Positions 25,601 to 39,076 of a DNA stretch of 64,000 bases are shown one piece after another; position 1 is the first letter of the stretch, and each line of letters opens with the position of its first letter. Below the pieces are notes generated by a model, which made no database searches, was not told the origin of the DNA, and worked only from the letters and a program-made list of their open reading frames with translations. The DNA is from Ancylonema sp. Lineage: Eukaryota. The stretch spans positions 1 through 64,000 of the forward strand of contig JBFLGF010000009.1 of assembly GCA_050230475.1 (NCBI GenBank). The letters run 5' to 3'. A program made the translations under genes and the position numbers.

Positions 25601-26047
25601 TCGTGAGGAGAAAGGATGGGAATTCGTCGGATCGACGTGAGGCGTTATACAAGTGAAGGACATGCAGATGACCAGATGCAGCTCGCAGGATCCAAGCGAA
25701 ACAGAAGACAAGACCGGTGCAGTTCCAGCCAGCTGACAGACAACCGGTGTTCTAAACAAATATTTTTACTTGTTGTTTTGTACTATGAATCAGGTAAATT
25801 CATGACAATAAAAAGGCGGTGGAATATCTGCAGCCACTGTGACAGGAAGATAATGAGTTTCGCTGGAATCAGACAGATGCTAATTTGAGAAATAAAAATT
25901 TTGAATTTGTACCTTCAATTGCGCGTGTGATATTGTGGCCCCGCCGTCCATCACTGCCATAGCAGCTTTGTCTCCATGATCTGCAGCACATTTATCCAAT
26001 ATGTCTGCCAGTGTGGGGTAACCTGCATTATTGTCGCTCTTGGCCAT
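20185..26047 (-). CDS. Predicted fused oxalate-CoA ligase + oxalyl-CoA decarboxylase (~1114 aa). Exons 26047-25913, 25538-25449, 25255-24086, 23536-23308, 22644-22267, 22098-21407, 21137-20802, 20499-20185
   Basis: The eight exons sum to 3345 nt in one frame. The phase-1 donor GCAG|GTGGGC at 23308/23307 matches the phase-1 acceptor CCCCAG|TC at 22645/22644. The first decarboxylase exon has no start codon ahead of its conserved N-terminus. Confidence 0.75.
23291..26047 (-). CDS. AAE3: Oxalate--CoA ligase (AAE3/Pcs60-like acyl-activating enzyme) domain
   Basis: [80 protein letters not shown] and [11 protein letters not shown]. Confidence 0.93.
23788..23985. repeat. (GGCAGAGA)n 8-mer array with degenerate GGCAGAAT flanks, in AAE3 intron
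   Basis: Directly visible and accounts for the spurious QRGREAER and LSASLPLC ORFs. Confidence 0.95.
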
Positions 26048-26831
26048 TGTCGCTATATTGCAAGCGTATTATTTAAGATTCTGTAGCCAGACGTTCAGCA
26101 CAAAATTGTGCGAAGGGAGAATTTCCTATGCATCCTCCTCTAACAAAACAAGTATTGCAGAGAATCTGTAGCGACGATGGATTGCACAGCCCTTCCTATT
26201 TATTCAGGAGCCTGCGCTGGTGGTGTGCGAGAAGCAACACCAACCCAAACACGGACGCATGCGGTTCCCTTCGCGAGAATGGGAGAGGGTACAGCTTGGC
26301 ATCGCGCAATCCACCGGCTTTGCCAGCAATACTACTCGCTGCACTCCATTTGTCGCTTCAGTCTACAGTCAGCATGGAAGCTGAGTCGGTGCTTGTCGGT
26401 GGCCTGGGTATCCATTCACGTTGCCCAAGGGCCATAATTGAATGTCAATCGGAGAATTTTGCAAGCGGTACCCGCGCTCATAAATATGGCTATGTTCAGC
26501 GCATGTACCAATGCATGGCGCATTATGGTCTGAGACCCGCATATCAAACACCGTGGCGCCGCGGACCCCAGAGCCAATTATGACACGTGGACTGCTTGAA
26601 TTACCGAATATAAACACCGTATCCACAAAAGCTGGAGGACGGGTTCAGACGTAGCCCATTTCGGAGCTCATTTTGGCAATTTTATGAAAAAATATTGACT
26701 TTACTGCTGACAGTATCTACGTGGCACGTGTTCACCGTTGAGACAGCAGGAGATGTCAGTGATGAGCACGGGCACAAATTGAATGCTACATTGTTGGGAT
26801 TTGTTGGCTACACTACATTTCTAGTTTCTTG

Positions 26832-27583
26832 CATGCCAATCGCGAATATTTACCGTGCCATGTCAGCTTCGATTGAAAATTTGCAGCCGAACCTCAAACG
26901 ACGGTAATCTCGACACTCTCCTTTTCTCGTCACTGAAATCACGGTAAACACGGCACCCTGCCGCTGACCTACTAGTTACCGTGAGCAATACGGCTTCGTC
27001 TGTTAAATTTTGGCACGTGTTGACGATCCAAATTCCTTTTTCTTGTTTCGCTGATCTGGTATTCGTTGGTCAATTCATCGTAATTGGAGCTGCACTATTG
27101 GGATGCGAGTTCTCCGTTTGAATCTTTTGTCCGAATTTCTCCGTTTCCGTTAACATGCCATCTATACATCTGCCACTTTCATCACTATATTGTCTGGTCT
27201 TCGTGGTTGAGATCGTAGCACGTAGCACAAATATGCATGGCGTATTAATAAATATATACAATTTTTTTGAGTAATTCCAATGTCATGACACCACCACTTC
27301 CTCCCTTCTTTTTATCCTGCCAGACCTGGCAAACCTCCCTAACCTCCCAGATATATAAATACATGTATGTGTATTTTGAGGTTTATCTCAATACAATCAT
27401 CCCAGTATCATATCGTTCTCTGGTCAGTGTCAACAAAGTTCGCTCTTCATCTGCCATTTTCATCATTATGGTGTCTGGTTATTTGGGGTCGTGGGAATAT
27501 GCAAATATACAAATACATACAAATACATACAAATACTTACAAATAAATACATACATACATACATACATACATACATACATACA

Positions 27584-27616
<33 letters not shown>

Positions 27617-29356
27617 CTGAAGATGTTCTTTTTAAAAATAATCTCAATATCATGACACCACCACGTCATCCTTTCCAGACCTCGCTCTAGCCACCCCCCG
27701 GAAACAATGAGTATGCTACTTGCGATGATCTCTCTTGAGGCATTTCAAGCCCACACAATTAGCCGAGGCTATGCTATCACTACAACGAGTTCCAAAATAA
27801 ACAGGGTCATCTACAAATGTGATCGTGGGGTTATTGCTCGTAGCAATAGTAAAAATGATGACAAGACAAGAGTGTGACAGAAAACGCAAAGGTGAATTGG
27901 GGATGGATGCTCGATGATGTGAAGGATGCGGAAAGTATTGTATTTCGTGTGTGTCAAGTTTGCTATCTATGATGCTTCGTTCATAATTTATTGGTTGACC
28001 TCGCATACATTTGATTGGTATGTACACAATGTGAGTAGAGAAATAGAGAGCACATTCAGCGTATATTCTCGACACGCTAGTTTTCAGCTCCTAATTCAAT
28101 GCGAATAAAATTGATCATGGTGCCGCCTCAAAAATATGGTAGTCCATTGGCTCAACTCGTGTTGAAACTCTGTGAGGGAAATTTGAATTTTATTTTGACA
28201 TCTTTCACGACATCATTCACATAAATGCGCTTCACCTCATATGATGTGTGCATGATGACTGAATCTAAATTACAAACAAATATGTAAGCATCATTATCGT
28301 GGCCACGATGACAATCGAGTGTCAATCAACGACTTATTGTCGGAACGGTGGATTGAATGAAAACAGTGTCACTAGAGTTTACTACACTATGCTTTTTACT
28401 TCAGGCTTACATCATGTAGAGTGAAGGATATGATCATATGATCAACGATTTTGCACCCCAATTGACCTTAGACATAGAGGTATGCTGCACTCAACAACAA
28501 CTGCATACTTGAAACAATTCTGGAGGTGAAATTCGGTGATTATTTACGTATCATTCAAAACAAGATACTGCACTTTATTTCATGCCTTCATGATGAATGA
28601 GTACAAACTTACTTGCAAACATGTGAACTTTTTTTTTGTTGCCAAACAGCCTCACAAAATATCAGTCACCCACTGTACTTTCGTTGCAATGCTGGTAGTG
28701 AAATTTAACGTTGCGCATTTTCCATTCACATCATGCGAGAGCACTTTACTTCATGCGTATGTATCAAAGGAACATGAATTTAGAGGCAATGATCAACAAT
28801 TTGAAGAGCAAGTTTTAGGATAATAAACAAGGCAAATGGTATGATGCATATGCATCCCGCGCACACCTCGGGTACTCTGATGTACGTCTCCAATGCGTAC
28901 ATCTTACTACTTTGGTGTCGTAGATATATGCAACATCATGTCCTGAGGTCTCGACGACCCGGTAGCCAAAATGAGCAGAGCGGATCTGAAGCAGAGGTTC
29001 ACGGGATTTTGTTTTCACATACATTTTTTTTGCGATATAAAAGGCAGTCGCAAAGACAGGCGTGAGATCCGCGAGCAGCAGACATCCGAAGAAAAGGATG
29101 AAGAAGAGAAGGAGAAGAAGAGAAGAAGAGAAGAAGAGAAGAAGAGAAGCAAAAGCTGAGAAGCTGCGAGTTGTGGTTCCTGCTGCCGTTCGCGGGGATA
29201 CAACGATACGGCAGGGATGCCTTGACAAGATGCCTTGTTTACCGTGATTTCAGTGACGATAAAACGAGAGGGTGCCGTGATTAGCGTCGTTTGAGGTTCG
29301 GCGGCAAATTTTCAATCAAAGATGACATGGCACGGTAAATATTTGCGACTGGAGTG
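26832..29356. mobile_element. Putative non-autonomous TIR DNA transposon (~2.5 kb, ~125-bp imperfect TIRs 26832-26955 / 29231-29356)
   Basis: Left end CATGCCAATCGCGAATATTTACCGTGCCATGTCA.. aligns with the right-end reverse complement CACTCCAGTCGCAAATATTTACCGTGCCATGTCA.. The interior is AT-rich with no transposase ORF and no perfect TSD. Confidence 0.65.
27546..27612. repeat. (ATAC)n microsatellite
   Basis: Directly visible. Confidence 0.95.
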
Positions 29357-29562
29357 CTGCTCTAACAAAAAGTGGAGTGCTGCTAACAAATCCCTACATT
29401 GTTGGATGGGAGCCCACACGTGTGTTGGACTCTGAACTGCCCCACTTACATGGCCTGAGTCTTCAGATATGACATTTTAGCCAGATGGCGGGGTTGAGTT
29501 CTCGTAGAGGCGGACGCATGGCTTTCGGTTAAGGTTCCTCGTGGCAGGGGTGCCACGCAAAA

Positions 29563-31017
29563 ATGCCCACCGACTTTCGATACTCTGAGGCTGATTCCAT
29601 ATTAAGTGACGGACACTTTATGGATCTGCCCTCAGAGCCTTTCTCCTCGAACCTTCCTAGCAGGCTGTCTGTCGCTGGGAAATGCAGATGGCATCCTTTA
29701 CTTGGGCTCCTATTATACTCTATCCACCTTTGTCTCATTCTATCTTTCGTGTCCATCTCCTCGATCGGGCACCTGCCGGGTTTTACAGACCGCCACATTA
29801 TCCAATTCCTGGTAGGCACACATGTACTCCTTCTCTGTTTCACGGGTGTCCTTGAACGGTACCTCCATGGGTACCACAGACTTCAGCTCCAACGTGGGTA
29901 TCTCAAATTCTGCCACCGCATGGACCGCCTGGTTCCAATCCCCTTCGCAATGCTTTCCTATGGATCCTGTATAATCATTGGCGCTCTGCTATGGCACCCC
30001 GTCTGGCCCTGGGCCCTCACTTCCACCCTTATCGGCGAAGTCACTCTGGTCGGCAGCCTCGTAGTCTTCTACATTTGGTGTGCGTTCATACGACAGGCCT
30101 GGCATCCTGACGCCCAGGAGGAGCTTACTTCTGTCCTTAGATCCTCCGAATCTGGAGATTATCGTGACTACAGTGATGGAAAAGAACTGGTCGAGATGCA
30201 AGCTGCTGTTATCAGATTTCAACAAACGACCTTGGAACAGCTTTGTGTGGAGGTACGAAGGCAGCAGAGCCCTCCTGATTATAGGGATTAGTGAAACAGT
30301 GTGTAAAGCCTGGCGGAAGTGGGTCCCCAGTGAGTATTAGAACAGACAGAACGATTGGCATCATCCTTCTTAGCCAGTGTTGCACTATGCGGAGTGGTGC
30401 AGTCTGATGTCGGAGCTCTGAAACATTCAAATGTCCTGGTATTCTCTTGCGTCTGTCTGTGTGTGATATTTGGTATTGCCTCACAGTCCTGATATTGCAG
30501 GTGTGTCTTGCATATCCGTGGTGCTGGGCAGATTCTCAGCTTACAGGACCAACTGGGCAAGCATGCTCCAGTAGGCTCTGCAGAAGCAGTTCGCCAGGTT
30601 GAGGCAGCACAGCTTCTTGCGGTGAGGGAGCAGGAGCAACGAGCGGCACGCGGAGAGCAGGAGCAGTTACAAACTGAGCTTCAACGCGCTCTTGGCATGC
30701 TGGGAGAGGAGCAAGATGAGGCTGCCCGCATACGAAATATAAATCAGCAGGTAGTCGTTGGATCTTTTCAAACTGCATTAAGCTTTTCACTGGAAATGTG
30801 TGATGGTTGCAATCTCAGGGCTTGTTGCATCCTGAGTAAACAGTACGGATTGCTAGTCTTACGAAACACCCGGCGCTTGCAGTATATGGACGAGAATGCT
30901 CGCCTGCGACTGATGCTGGATGAATGGAGTGCTCGCTCTGCAAAGCTAGAGATTGCTTTAAATTTTCAAAATACGGAGAGGGGATGGTCTCCAATCTCAA
31001 CTTCTACAAGTGGATGA
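29563..31017 (+). CDS. TMEM192 / FRIGIDA-interacting-protein-1-like membrane and coiled-coil protein. Exons 29563-30252, 30532-30750, 30883-31017
   Basis: About 4 hydrophobic segments, then QAAVIRFQQ..E|ILSLQDQLGK and NQQ|YMDENARLRLMLDEWSARSAKLEIAL, resembling the plant FIP1 C-terminus. Confidence 0.75.
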
Positions 31018-31817
31018 AGAAGGCAGGACATCAGCATAGATCTGCTTTACTTGCATAAATGCCTTCACTGTATAGCTGGCACGTTTATGGACGTGAGTCG
31101 TGTATATATCCGGCATTTTTTTTTTGGCTTTTAGCATCAGGTTTGTTTATGGCTGTGATAGGTGAAAACCACGAATGTAAACCTGAGTTCTAGAATGAAA
31201 AAAATCTCCTTTCGAAATTGCATCAGTTTAAAAACTTATAGCCAGTCCTTGCCCTTAACATTTGTAGCATATGGCTTGTAGCCAAAGCTTAGCCCTCGAT
31301 AGTCTGCGTATTTGCATAGATGAGCCCAGACCAATTTGTCCAAACTTCTGTCTAATGCTTGTACTTGTACTTGTACTTCATGCATGTACCAAACTTTTTG
31401 TCCTTGAAGAAGTGTGCCCACTTCAGGTCCCCAGCATCATCATTGACAAAAACCATCGGATAACATTTTACTGTAGGGAATACACCGTAGCCAGCAGGTA
31501 ATGATAAACATAATTAATGAACATGTGTAACTTACAAAACACACTAGCTGTCAGTCTCTCAAGCCTCCACCATCTCGTCACATGAGAAATCCCGCAAAGC
31601 TACACAAATTCAGGCCACTATCATCAATCTCTGAAAACTTACAAATTGGTTCGGCTACATATAATTTCTCATCGTTTGAAACCTTTTGAGCAGACCAGCT
31701 ATGATTTAAAATTGTGCAGATTTGAACTCCACTCAACAGATCAACAGCAAGCAGAGAACCTATGAATCACGCCAGGTTGCTTATTCGATTTGCATTTGTA
31801 ATGTCAGTTCTCTTGAG

Positions 31818-32626
31818 CTACACGTCAGCTGAAGCCGGATGGATGTACCCAATCACCATCTGTGCGCTTTGTAAACGCTTGTTGATATCCTCATTCAAAG
31901 AATCAACTCCGTTCAAGAATTCGATCCCTTCCTCCCACTCTTCCATTTGTTGCTGATGTAGGTTCACAATTTTCTCCTCCCATTTGTTGTGGCACTCCAT
32001 GAAAGCAGCCTTCCCGGCATCCAGAAGATTTGAGACCTGCGTCATGTGAGATTACGAACAACGTATGATAAGGTAGCATTCATGAGGCAACACATTGCTT
32101 GACTTTTGTCCTGGCTGCCACATACTCGTGAAGTTCATTTTATTCTCACTTGAGATGTAAAGACATTTATTTGCTCCCGAAGATGCTGAACAGCAGCAAC
32201 TGTGCTAGCAGAGTAGGTCCCTTCATCCTCTTGCACATCCTGTCCATCATTTGTAACCTCGCCGCTCCCTTGCTCCTGAATTTCTTTTCCTGGACTACCT
32301 CCTGGTTCATCATATGCTAAGTCTTCCAGAACATCTTCTTCATTTTGAGACGGTTTCGCTCGCTTGGTGTTGCCCTCTGTACGCTCCCCAGACCGCTGCA
32401 AATGGCACAGACATTGTTGACCAGATTCAGTCCTGATCTGAACTCTACCCTGTTTTAAAATCATCCACTTCTCGTCCACATTTTTTCCTGATCCCTGTCT
32501 CCGTATGTAAATATTTGTGCTCTAGATTCGCGCAATGCAGAAGCCGAGCAAGATTACCTTCTCAGATGTCTCAGGCGGCGCAATCTGCTGAGCGTCTCGA
32601 GGACGCTTCTCACTGGTCTCCAGCAT
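31818..32626 (-). CDS. Small acidic coiled-coil plant protein resembling knotted1-binding protein 36 (KNB36). Exons 32626-32558, 32395-32150, 32036-31818
   Basis: In-phase GT-AG exons. FTSQ|VSNLLDAGKAAF..WEEKIVNLHQQQMEEWEE matches my recollection of a conserved plant family, so the family name is tentative. Confidence 0.6.
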
Positions 32627-33176
32627 GAGTTTCGCCTTAATCAAGAGAGCAGAGTAATCTAGGACTGTAAGAAATGGAATAGAAGTGAAGTAGAAACTGT
32701 GCAGAGAATACTAGAAGTGCAACCCGAGTTGAGTTTCGTTTCTTCAAACCGAGTATATATTTGCGCGCGCTTACGCGCTGTTAAACTGAGCTGGCATGGA
32801 AGTTTGCCACATCAGTATTCAGCGTCTCCAACTGAACAAAAAGGACAAAGTTATCTCACAATTTTGAGTTAGATTTATTTGAGAAGCATATATCATTGGC
32901 CTGAATTGAATTGGCCTGCTGGGACAGTTATGGGATTAGTCCAACCAATCGAGTTCTCGTTCGATGTCGATTTGCTTCAGTGACAAGATGTACCACGTCA
33001 GCTGCCACGCTGGTTATGGCAGAACCTTTCGTGACACGTGGTGAAACGTTGTAATCCGGGTAGCGGCCTCCGGGATTGTGCGGTATTCGTTTCTCTTCGT
33101 TCCTGCATCATTCTTTTCTCTGTTGGTAGCCCGCCAGCTCTGAGGACTCATCAGGCCTGCGAGCTGCGGGCCAGCT

Positions 33177-35911
33177 ATGGCGCTCTCATACCCTGCAGGA
33201 GTTCGAACAGTGAACCTCGCTCACAAGTCAGACTTGCAGCTGTCCCCGATCCATCGCAAAGTATGTGATTGTAGGCTGCATTCTGGGTTTCCAACATTTC
33301 GAGGCGGCCCAGTTTTCAGCCAAAAAAAAAATTACGTTTCCTCCCATGATATCGGAACCGGAAACAGGAAGCGGGTCGCAAGACATGTTGAAGCAGCAGC
33401 TGGCTTGCAAAGCACAGGTGAATATTGCACCCTAAAATTGCAGGTATTGTCCACATTCTCTTTGCTATAAGACTATCTCCTCTGTGACGCCGTGAAATCT
33501 TTAAAATTTCCGGCAGCGATGCATATGCCTTCTATATCCGCGATGAGTTCTTTCTTCTGTTCCTACCGATACAGATGTCAATGACCAAGTCGGTGGAAAA
33601 TTCGGGTCTCAATTCAGCGAGATTGAGGTGGTAAGCATCAGCGGGGAGCGAGTGATTTTGCCTGAGTTGTGGGCAAAGCGTTTGGTGGTTGTAGCTTGGG
33701 CCCGACATTTTGGGTGAGAAAGGGAAGTTGTTAAGCAATGCAAAGGCAATGCATTTTCCAGTGATCATGTCAGGATGGATGAGTCTAGATGTCATTATAC
33801 CTTTGTACCTGTGTTTCTGGCTGTATCAGCCATTGTTTGAAGCTTTGGCGACCATGAGTTAAGTTCATGTATTAAATTTGTGCTAGTTTGGCACCATCAC
33901 CGACTTACACCTACTAAATTTCCCCATGTAGGTGCCTCCTTTGCAAGAAAAGAGCTGCAGAAATGACAAAGCGGAAGGTGATTGCCGTCACTTTCTTCCC
34001 CACTGGTCACCACTGACTCCACGATAGAAAGTCGTTTGCAAGTACAAGCAATACAAGTGACGTGCAGCAAACAGAGGGACAGTATGTTGTACAAGGTATC
34101 GGTGAAAGAACATACCACATAAAATAGCAATCGAATGTCAAATAAATTTAGGTACACTTCCACACGTTTCGAAAATCATGGCCTTGTCGCTGTAGAACAT
34201 CCCAATTTGCAATCATAAAAACAAAAACAAAAAGAGTTTTCTGCTCATGTCCAGGCCGAGTTTGAGGCTCAAGGAGCACAGCTTGTGATTATTGGACCAG
34301 GAAGCCAGAGCCAGGTACTCAAATTCCATCGAGTCAACCAGGAAAATTTCAGCAGTCTAGGAGATCTAGAAGGACATGTTCGCAGCTCATGCTGGTTCTA
34401 AATTCTTTGATTTTTTCTTTAAATTTGAAAGTTTCTTAACAATTGCATGAAAGATGGACAGTCACTAGATGAACTGTTGCTCAATTCAAGCTGCTGCAGA
34501 AAACAGCATTGAATGCAAGATGAGTGGTGCAGTTCAGACTTCCACACTGTCCCCCAGCATCAATACTCTATACAATGCATATCTTTTCCTTTTCTGAACA
34601 GGCAAAGGCGTTCCTAGACCAGACCGGATTCGCCGGAGGTAGGCAGAGAGGAACTCAACTTAACTTAACTCACCTCAATCCACCCTACTCCACCGACCAA
34701 ATTCGGCCATTTCTCATCCCCAAACGTCGAGCTCGCCTCCTTTTCCCGAATTGTCGGCTTAGCTTGTTGCAGAGGCCAGAGCAGACAGAACCGAATCTGG
34801 TGTGGCAATGATAACAGAAAATGCAAAGTTGGAAAGTGACGCGGGTGGGGGAGCGTTTTCTTCCACAGAAGTGTATGCAGACCCAACTTCAGCAAGCTTT
34901 GAGACGCTGGGCTTTGTGTTCGGACCCGCCTCAATTTTCACACCAAAGGTCGGGATCTGCCTGTGCATCCCACGCCCGGCTGCTTATAATTCTCCGTCAA
35001 TTCTCTGTGGTTTTGTGGTTGCCTTGACAACCTTGTTTTGAACAGAGGAGGTCATCATTGCTATGGTGACTTGCAGGCATTAGCGAATCTCGTTGGAGCC
35101 TCCATGGAAGGCTTCAAACAGGACTGGGGCCTATCTTTTCAGAAGGACACAGTTATGCGAGGAGGCTGGTGGGTGATTTATTTTTTTTGCGTGTAGTGGA
35201 TTACTCTCCTGTGCAACTCGCATGTGGCTGCGAATTGATGTGGCCTTCACTGTTCTAACGGCAAGAGCTTGTTCGAAGCCGGTCTTAATCATCGTCTTAT
35301 ATGACTAAGACTAGTCATATACTAGTATATGATTATATACTATTATATGTCACTACACATTCTAGTGTATGTGTTCGCATCACACTCAGTAGCCTAGCAC
35401 ACACATGCGATCGAGTACGACTTGGATGGATGCTATTTTCTCGCCATCAAGGTGCCTGATTTTCGAGCATGCTTTTCACAATGCAGGCAGCAAGGAGGTG
35501 TGCTGGTAGCTGGTCCTGGTGTCGACAATGTTAGCTTTCTACACAAGGCAAGTGTGTGGTAAACATCATGTCGCTTCGGCACGTTTGTTGTCACAGGTTG
35601 TTCCATATTCTTGTGGTCAAGTTGTGATTCATCGAACGCAATCGTTATGTTGATCAGCTCTCATTGACTTAAGAAAAAGTTTTATACAAATGTGTGCATG
35701 TGCAACGTATCAACAAAAAGACGTGGAAGCGGTATGCATGCTCCAACTTATACTCCCGAAGCGACCTGTCTCCACCTATTGCTCTTTATCTCTTCTACGA
35801 GAGTCGTATGAGGGAATTGGGGTGGATGGTTTTTTGCAGGATAAAGAAGCGGGAGATGAGCCCGACTGGTCTGAAGTAGTCAGGTCTTGCAGCAGTACCA
35901 ATCGCCCCTGA
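33177..35911 (+). CDS. Thioredoxin-like AAED1/PRXL2 (AhpC-TSA_2) protein with transit-like N-terminus, 9 exons
   Basis: Spliced translation LPELWAKRLVVVAWARHFG|CLLCKKRA (CxxC), LVIIGPGS, AKAFLDQTGFAGEVYADP, EGFKQDWGLSF, GGWQQGGVLVAGPG, HK|DKEAGDEPD. Confidence 0.9.
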
Positions 35912-38900
35912 TTTGTTTGTTTGTTTGTTGGCGAATTCGCCAAAAAAACGAAAAAAAACAACCATTCGTCTTGTTTAGTATGTTCAATACTTGTTCGATA
36001 TTTGTATCAATAAAGATGTCTGCACTCTTACCATGTTATCATTGTTCTGTGTTTTGTTTGTGTTTCCCACCAAATTCAGACTAACATTACAAATTTTGTA
36101 CAGCAATCTAGAAGTTGGTTCCTCAACATATTGAAGCAGATCACAGGCTGCATACAAAGAAATGTGACGAGTCCTAGTTTGGTATTCGATTTTTCGTAGT
36201 TACATGACCCTTACTCATAAAGGTTGGACCAACCGATGGGGCCTTTGCTAACTTAAAAACAGATAGGAATGTACATGCATTACACAAGTACATATTGACG
36301 CAACATTCGACATATGAGACGTCACGACTCCTACAAACCATCCATTAGCCATCTTCAAGTTGCGTTGCAAATGAGGTACACAGAATGATGAATGAGTGCC
36401 TGTCAGTGTGAATCTCGTGCCTGCAAAATAACACGGGCATGACGAAATATCAATGACACGCGCATAATCAGTCCCCTTTGATCTTCACAATCCACGCGAG
36501 ACGTTTACAAATCGATCACCAGATTGTGTGAGAGTAAATCTTGATTTGATTCCAAATGAAGATGGTCTTGCATTTGTCAACCGACATCACGTACGTAAGT
36601 CACTATCTATGCATGAACACGAGCCATGAATTCCCACAAATCCGTATCCTTACCAAGGAGCACAAACTCGCACCATTGCGCCGTTTTCAAAATCCACGTC
36701 CGAATAGAGCCTTGCGGCAAACCACACTTGTACAACATCGGGCCTCGTGGTGTTGCCACGAGATCCAGCTGTAGCAAAAGAGCCTCCTCCGTCTGTCGAC
36801 CAACTCTGCAAGCAATGTCGATACAATGAAGCCATGTCGATGGAAAGCGTCTCAAACATTCGATCTCGCTCAAAATTTGCCTTTGCGCGATCGTTATCGA
36901 TTTAATATCGTTCACTCTCTCAAGAGTTACAATCTTTGTAAAGGTTGTATTCTTACAACGCCCAGCTTAATGTGGCCATGCCTATGATCACATCGGATTA
37001 AATTTCATCAATCTAGTATGTCTCAATCGTCCATATATAGAAGTATACTAAAAGAGTGGGAAAATGCATATGTTGTTTTCAAATTCGATATGTATACAAT
37101 TGTACATTTTGATACATTAGACATAGTGACAATTTTACTGAATACATAAATAACTTAGTACATTATTGAATTTACGCACCTATACACAAATGCATGCATA
37201 CAGTACATGAGTATATATGTATTAACGTGCTCATGAAGATTTCCGAATAGAATGGAAAACGCTCATGCATACGCACGAACTCCACTTGTCACATATGCAC
37301 ATAGACATGCAAAAAAAATGCTAGTACATATCTTAAACTGGAGGTACACACATTGACATCAATACATGGAGAAGACCATAAGCACATAAAACATGATAGA
37401 CGAATTTTAAATCAATTGCATGTTCACATGACATCTTCATACGCATAAAAACTTACATAATTATGCAATGACATATATCCATAAAAAGATATAGAATGTA
37501 TTTGAAATGTGTGTATATGTCGTGGTGATATGTAGACTCTCTATTTTGTTTTCTATGTGTATATATGTATATATATATATATATACATATATCTATAAAC
37601 ATCCAACATACATAAATGTATGTACACTTTTATGCTTTTATACAGGTGTGCATTGAGTCTTTTCACTTAACCAACCTTAGGTTGTTGCACCACTCTACAA
37701 GCACACTTGGTGATGTGCCCCTCTAGACTGGATGCCTGTATCCTCACATCGAGGGTGTCTGCGGCTCCTGTATACAAAGAGAAAAGTGCCCACTTTAGTC
37801 ACCTCCTTCCCTGCGATTCGCTTATAACAAAACCCTACCAACCCCCCCCCCCCCTACCATATCTACGCAACAATCCCTAACTCTACCCATCTCAAACACT
37901 CTTGCTGCCCCTAGGCTATGTCCCAATCACATACAATCATATATCAGTGCGCCAAAAAGGGAAAACATTGCACGCGTGTATGTTGTATGTTGTATTTTGT
38001 GTGTTTCAGGTTATGTGCAGCATTGCATTCCACCCTCCCTAGGACGCCGTGAGACAAACGACCAATGACTAACGAAAAATAGACAAATGACTAGAGACGA
38101 ATGAAACGAATGAAACAAATGAGACAATCGATAAATGATGGATGAGATGAAAGAGGAGTGGTATGAAGGAGTGGTATGTCCATAGGTGCAGCATTGCCGC
38201 CTTCGTCCAGGTAGAGGTGTGTTTGTGTAGGAGAGGGAGAGGAATAGGTTTTTGTGGAGACGTGATGTGGACTTCAGTATTCAGTACCTGACAGAGGCCG
38301 TCCCGAGTTGTAGGCTCGCAAAAACTGAATCCTCGAATGCTTCTCCTGGTCCAGAACACGCTGAAGTGCAGTCGCCAGATTCCTGAGGCACGGAAAAGGA
38401 TGGAAACATGACCCACTGCTCACCAATAGGAGTGCTGTCAAGTAGGATGCGTCCTCTGACTTCTGTTTTGGCACATTCACATGTGTGAGATCTAAAATCT
38501 AACGGTTTTAGATTTTGATCTTAAGGTTTTGAAAGTGGCATTGAGCAGATGTGGGAGAGGTAATGAGACGAAGAAATTGTGTGGGGTCGATCAACCCCCC
38601 CCCCCCCCCCAACCCGAATTGAAGAGATATTCAGAAAAGCGAGGTCACCCTGAGCGACAAAATCAGAGGTCCGAAGTCTATGGAATTTTCTCGGATTTCT
38701 CGGTTTTTAGGTGTTTTTCCCGGTGTTTGGAAGGGTTTCCAGGGTTTTGGGGTTTTGGGGGTTTTATGGGTTTTTTTTCTGCAAGCGAAACGAGTTTTCA
38801 CACGGGAGATCAGCGCCTTTTTCTCACTCTATCGATCACCCACTCCCAAGTCGGAAATTAATGTCTGAGCAACAGCTAGCTACCGATGAAGAATACACTC

Positions 38901-38982
38901 TCCCTCTCTCCCTGCATAAAAGTTCTGTCATTTTTTTCGCAATGTAATGCATCTCCTGCTTTGCTCCTCACCCTCCTTCACG

Positions 38983-38988
<6 letters not shown>

Positions 38989-39074
<86 letters not shown>
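38989..39074. repeat. (TA)n microsatellite
   Basis: Directly visible. Confidence 0.97.

Positions 39075-39076
<2 letters not shown>

Noticed and set aside
12038..26047. Cysteine-synthase-family gene near AAE3 as a beta-ODAP-like biosynthetic cluster
   Set aside because: No BAHD acyltransferase is present, SDHAF4 intervenes, and linkage to a decarboxylase points to oxalate catabolism.
29485..29562. In-frame upstream ATG and TAA before the FIP1-like start
   Set aside because: It could be a uORF or chance, and there is no supporting homology.
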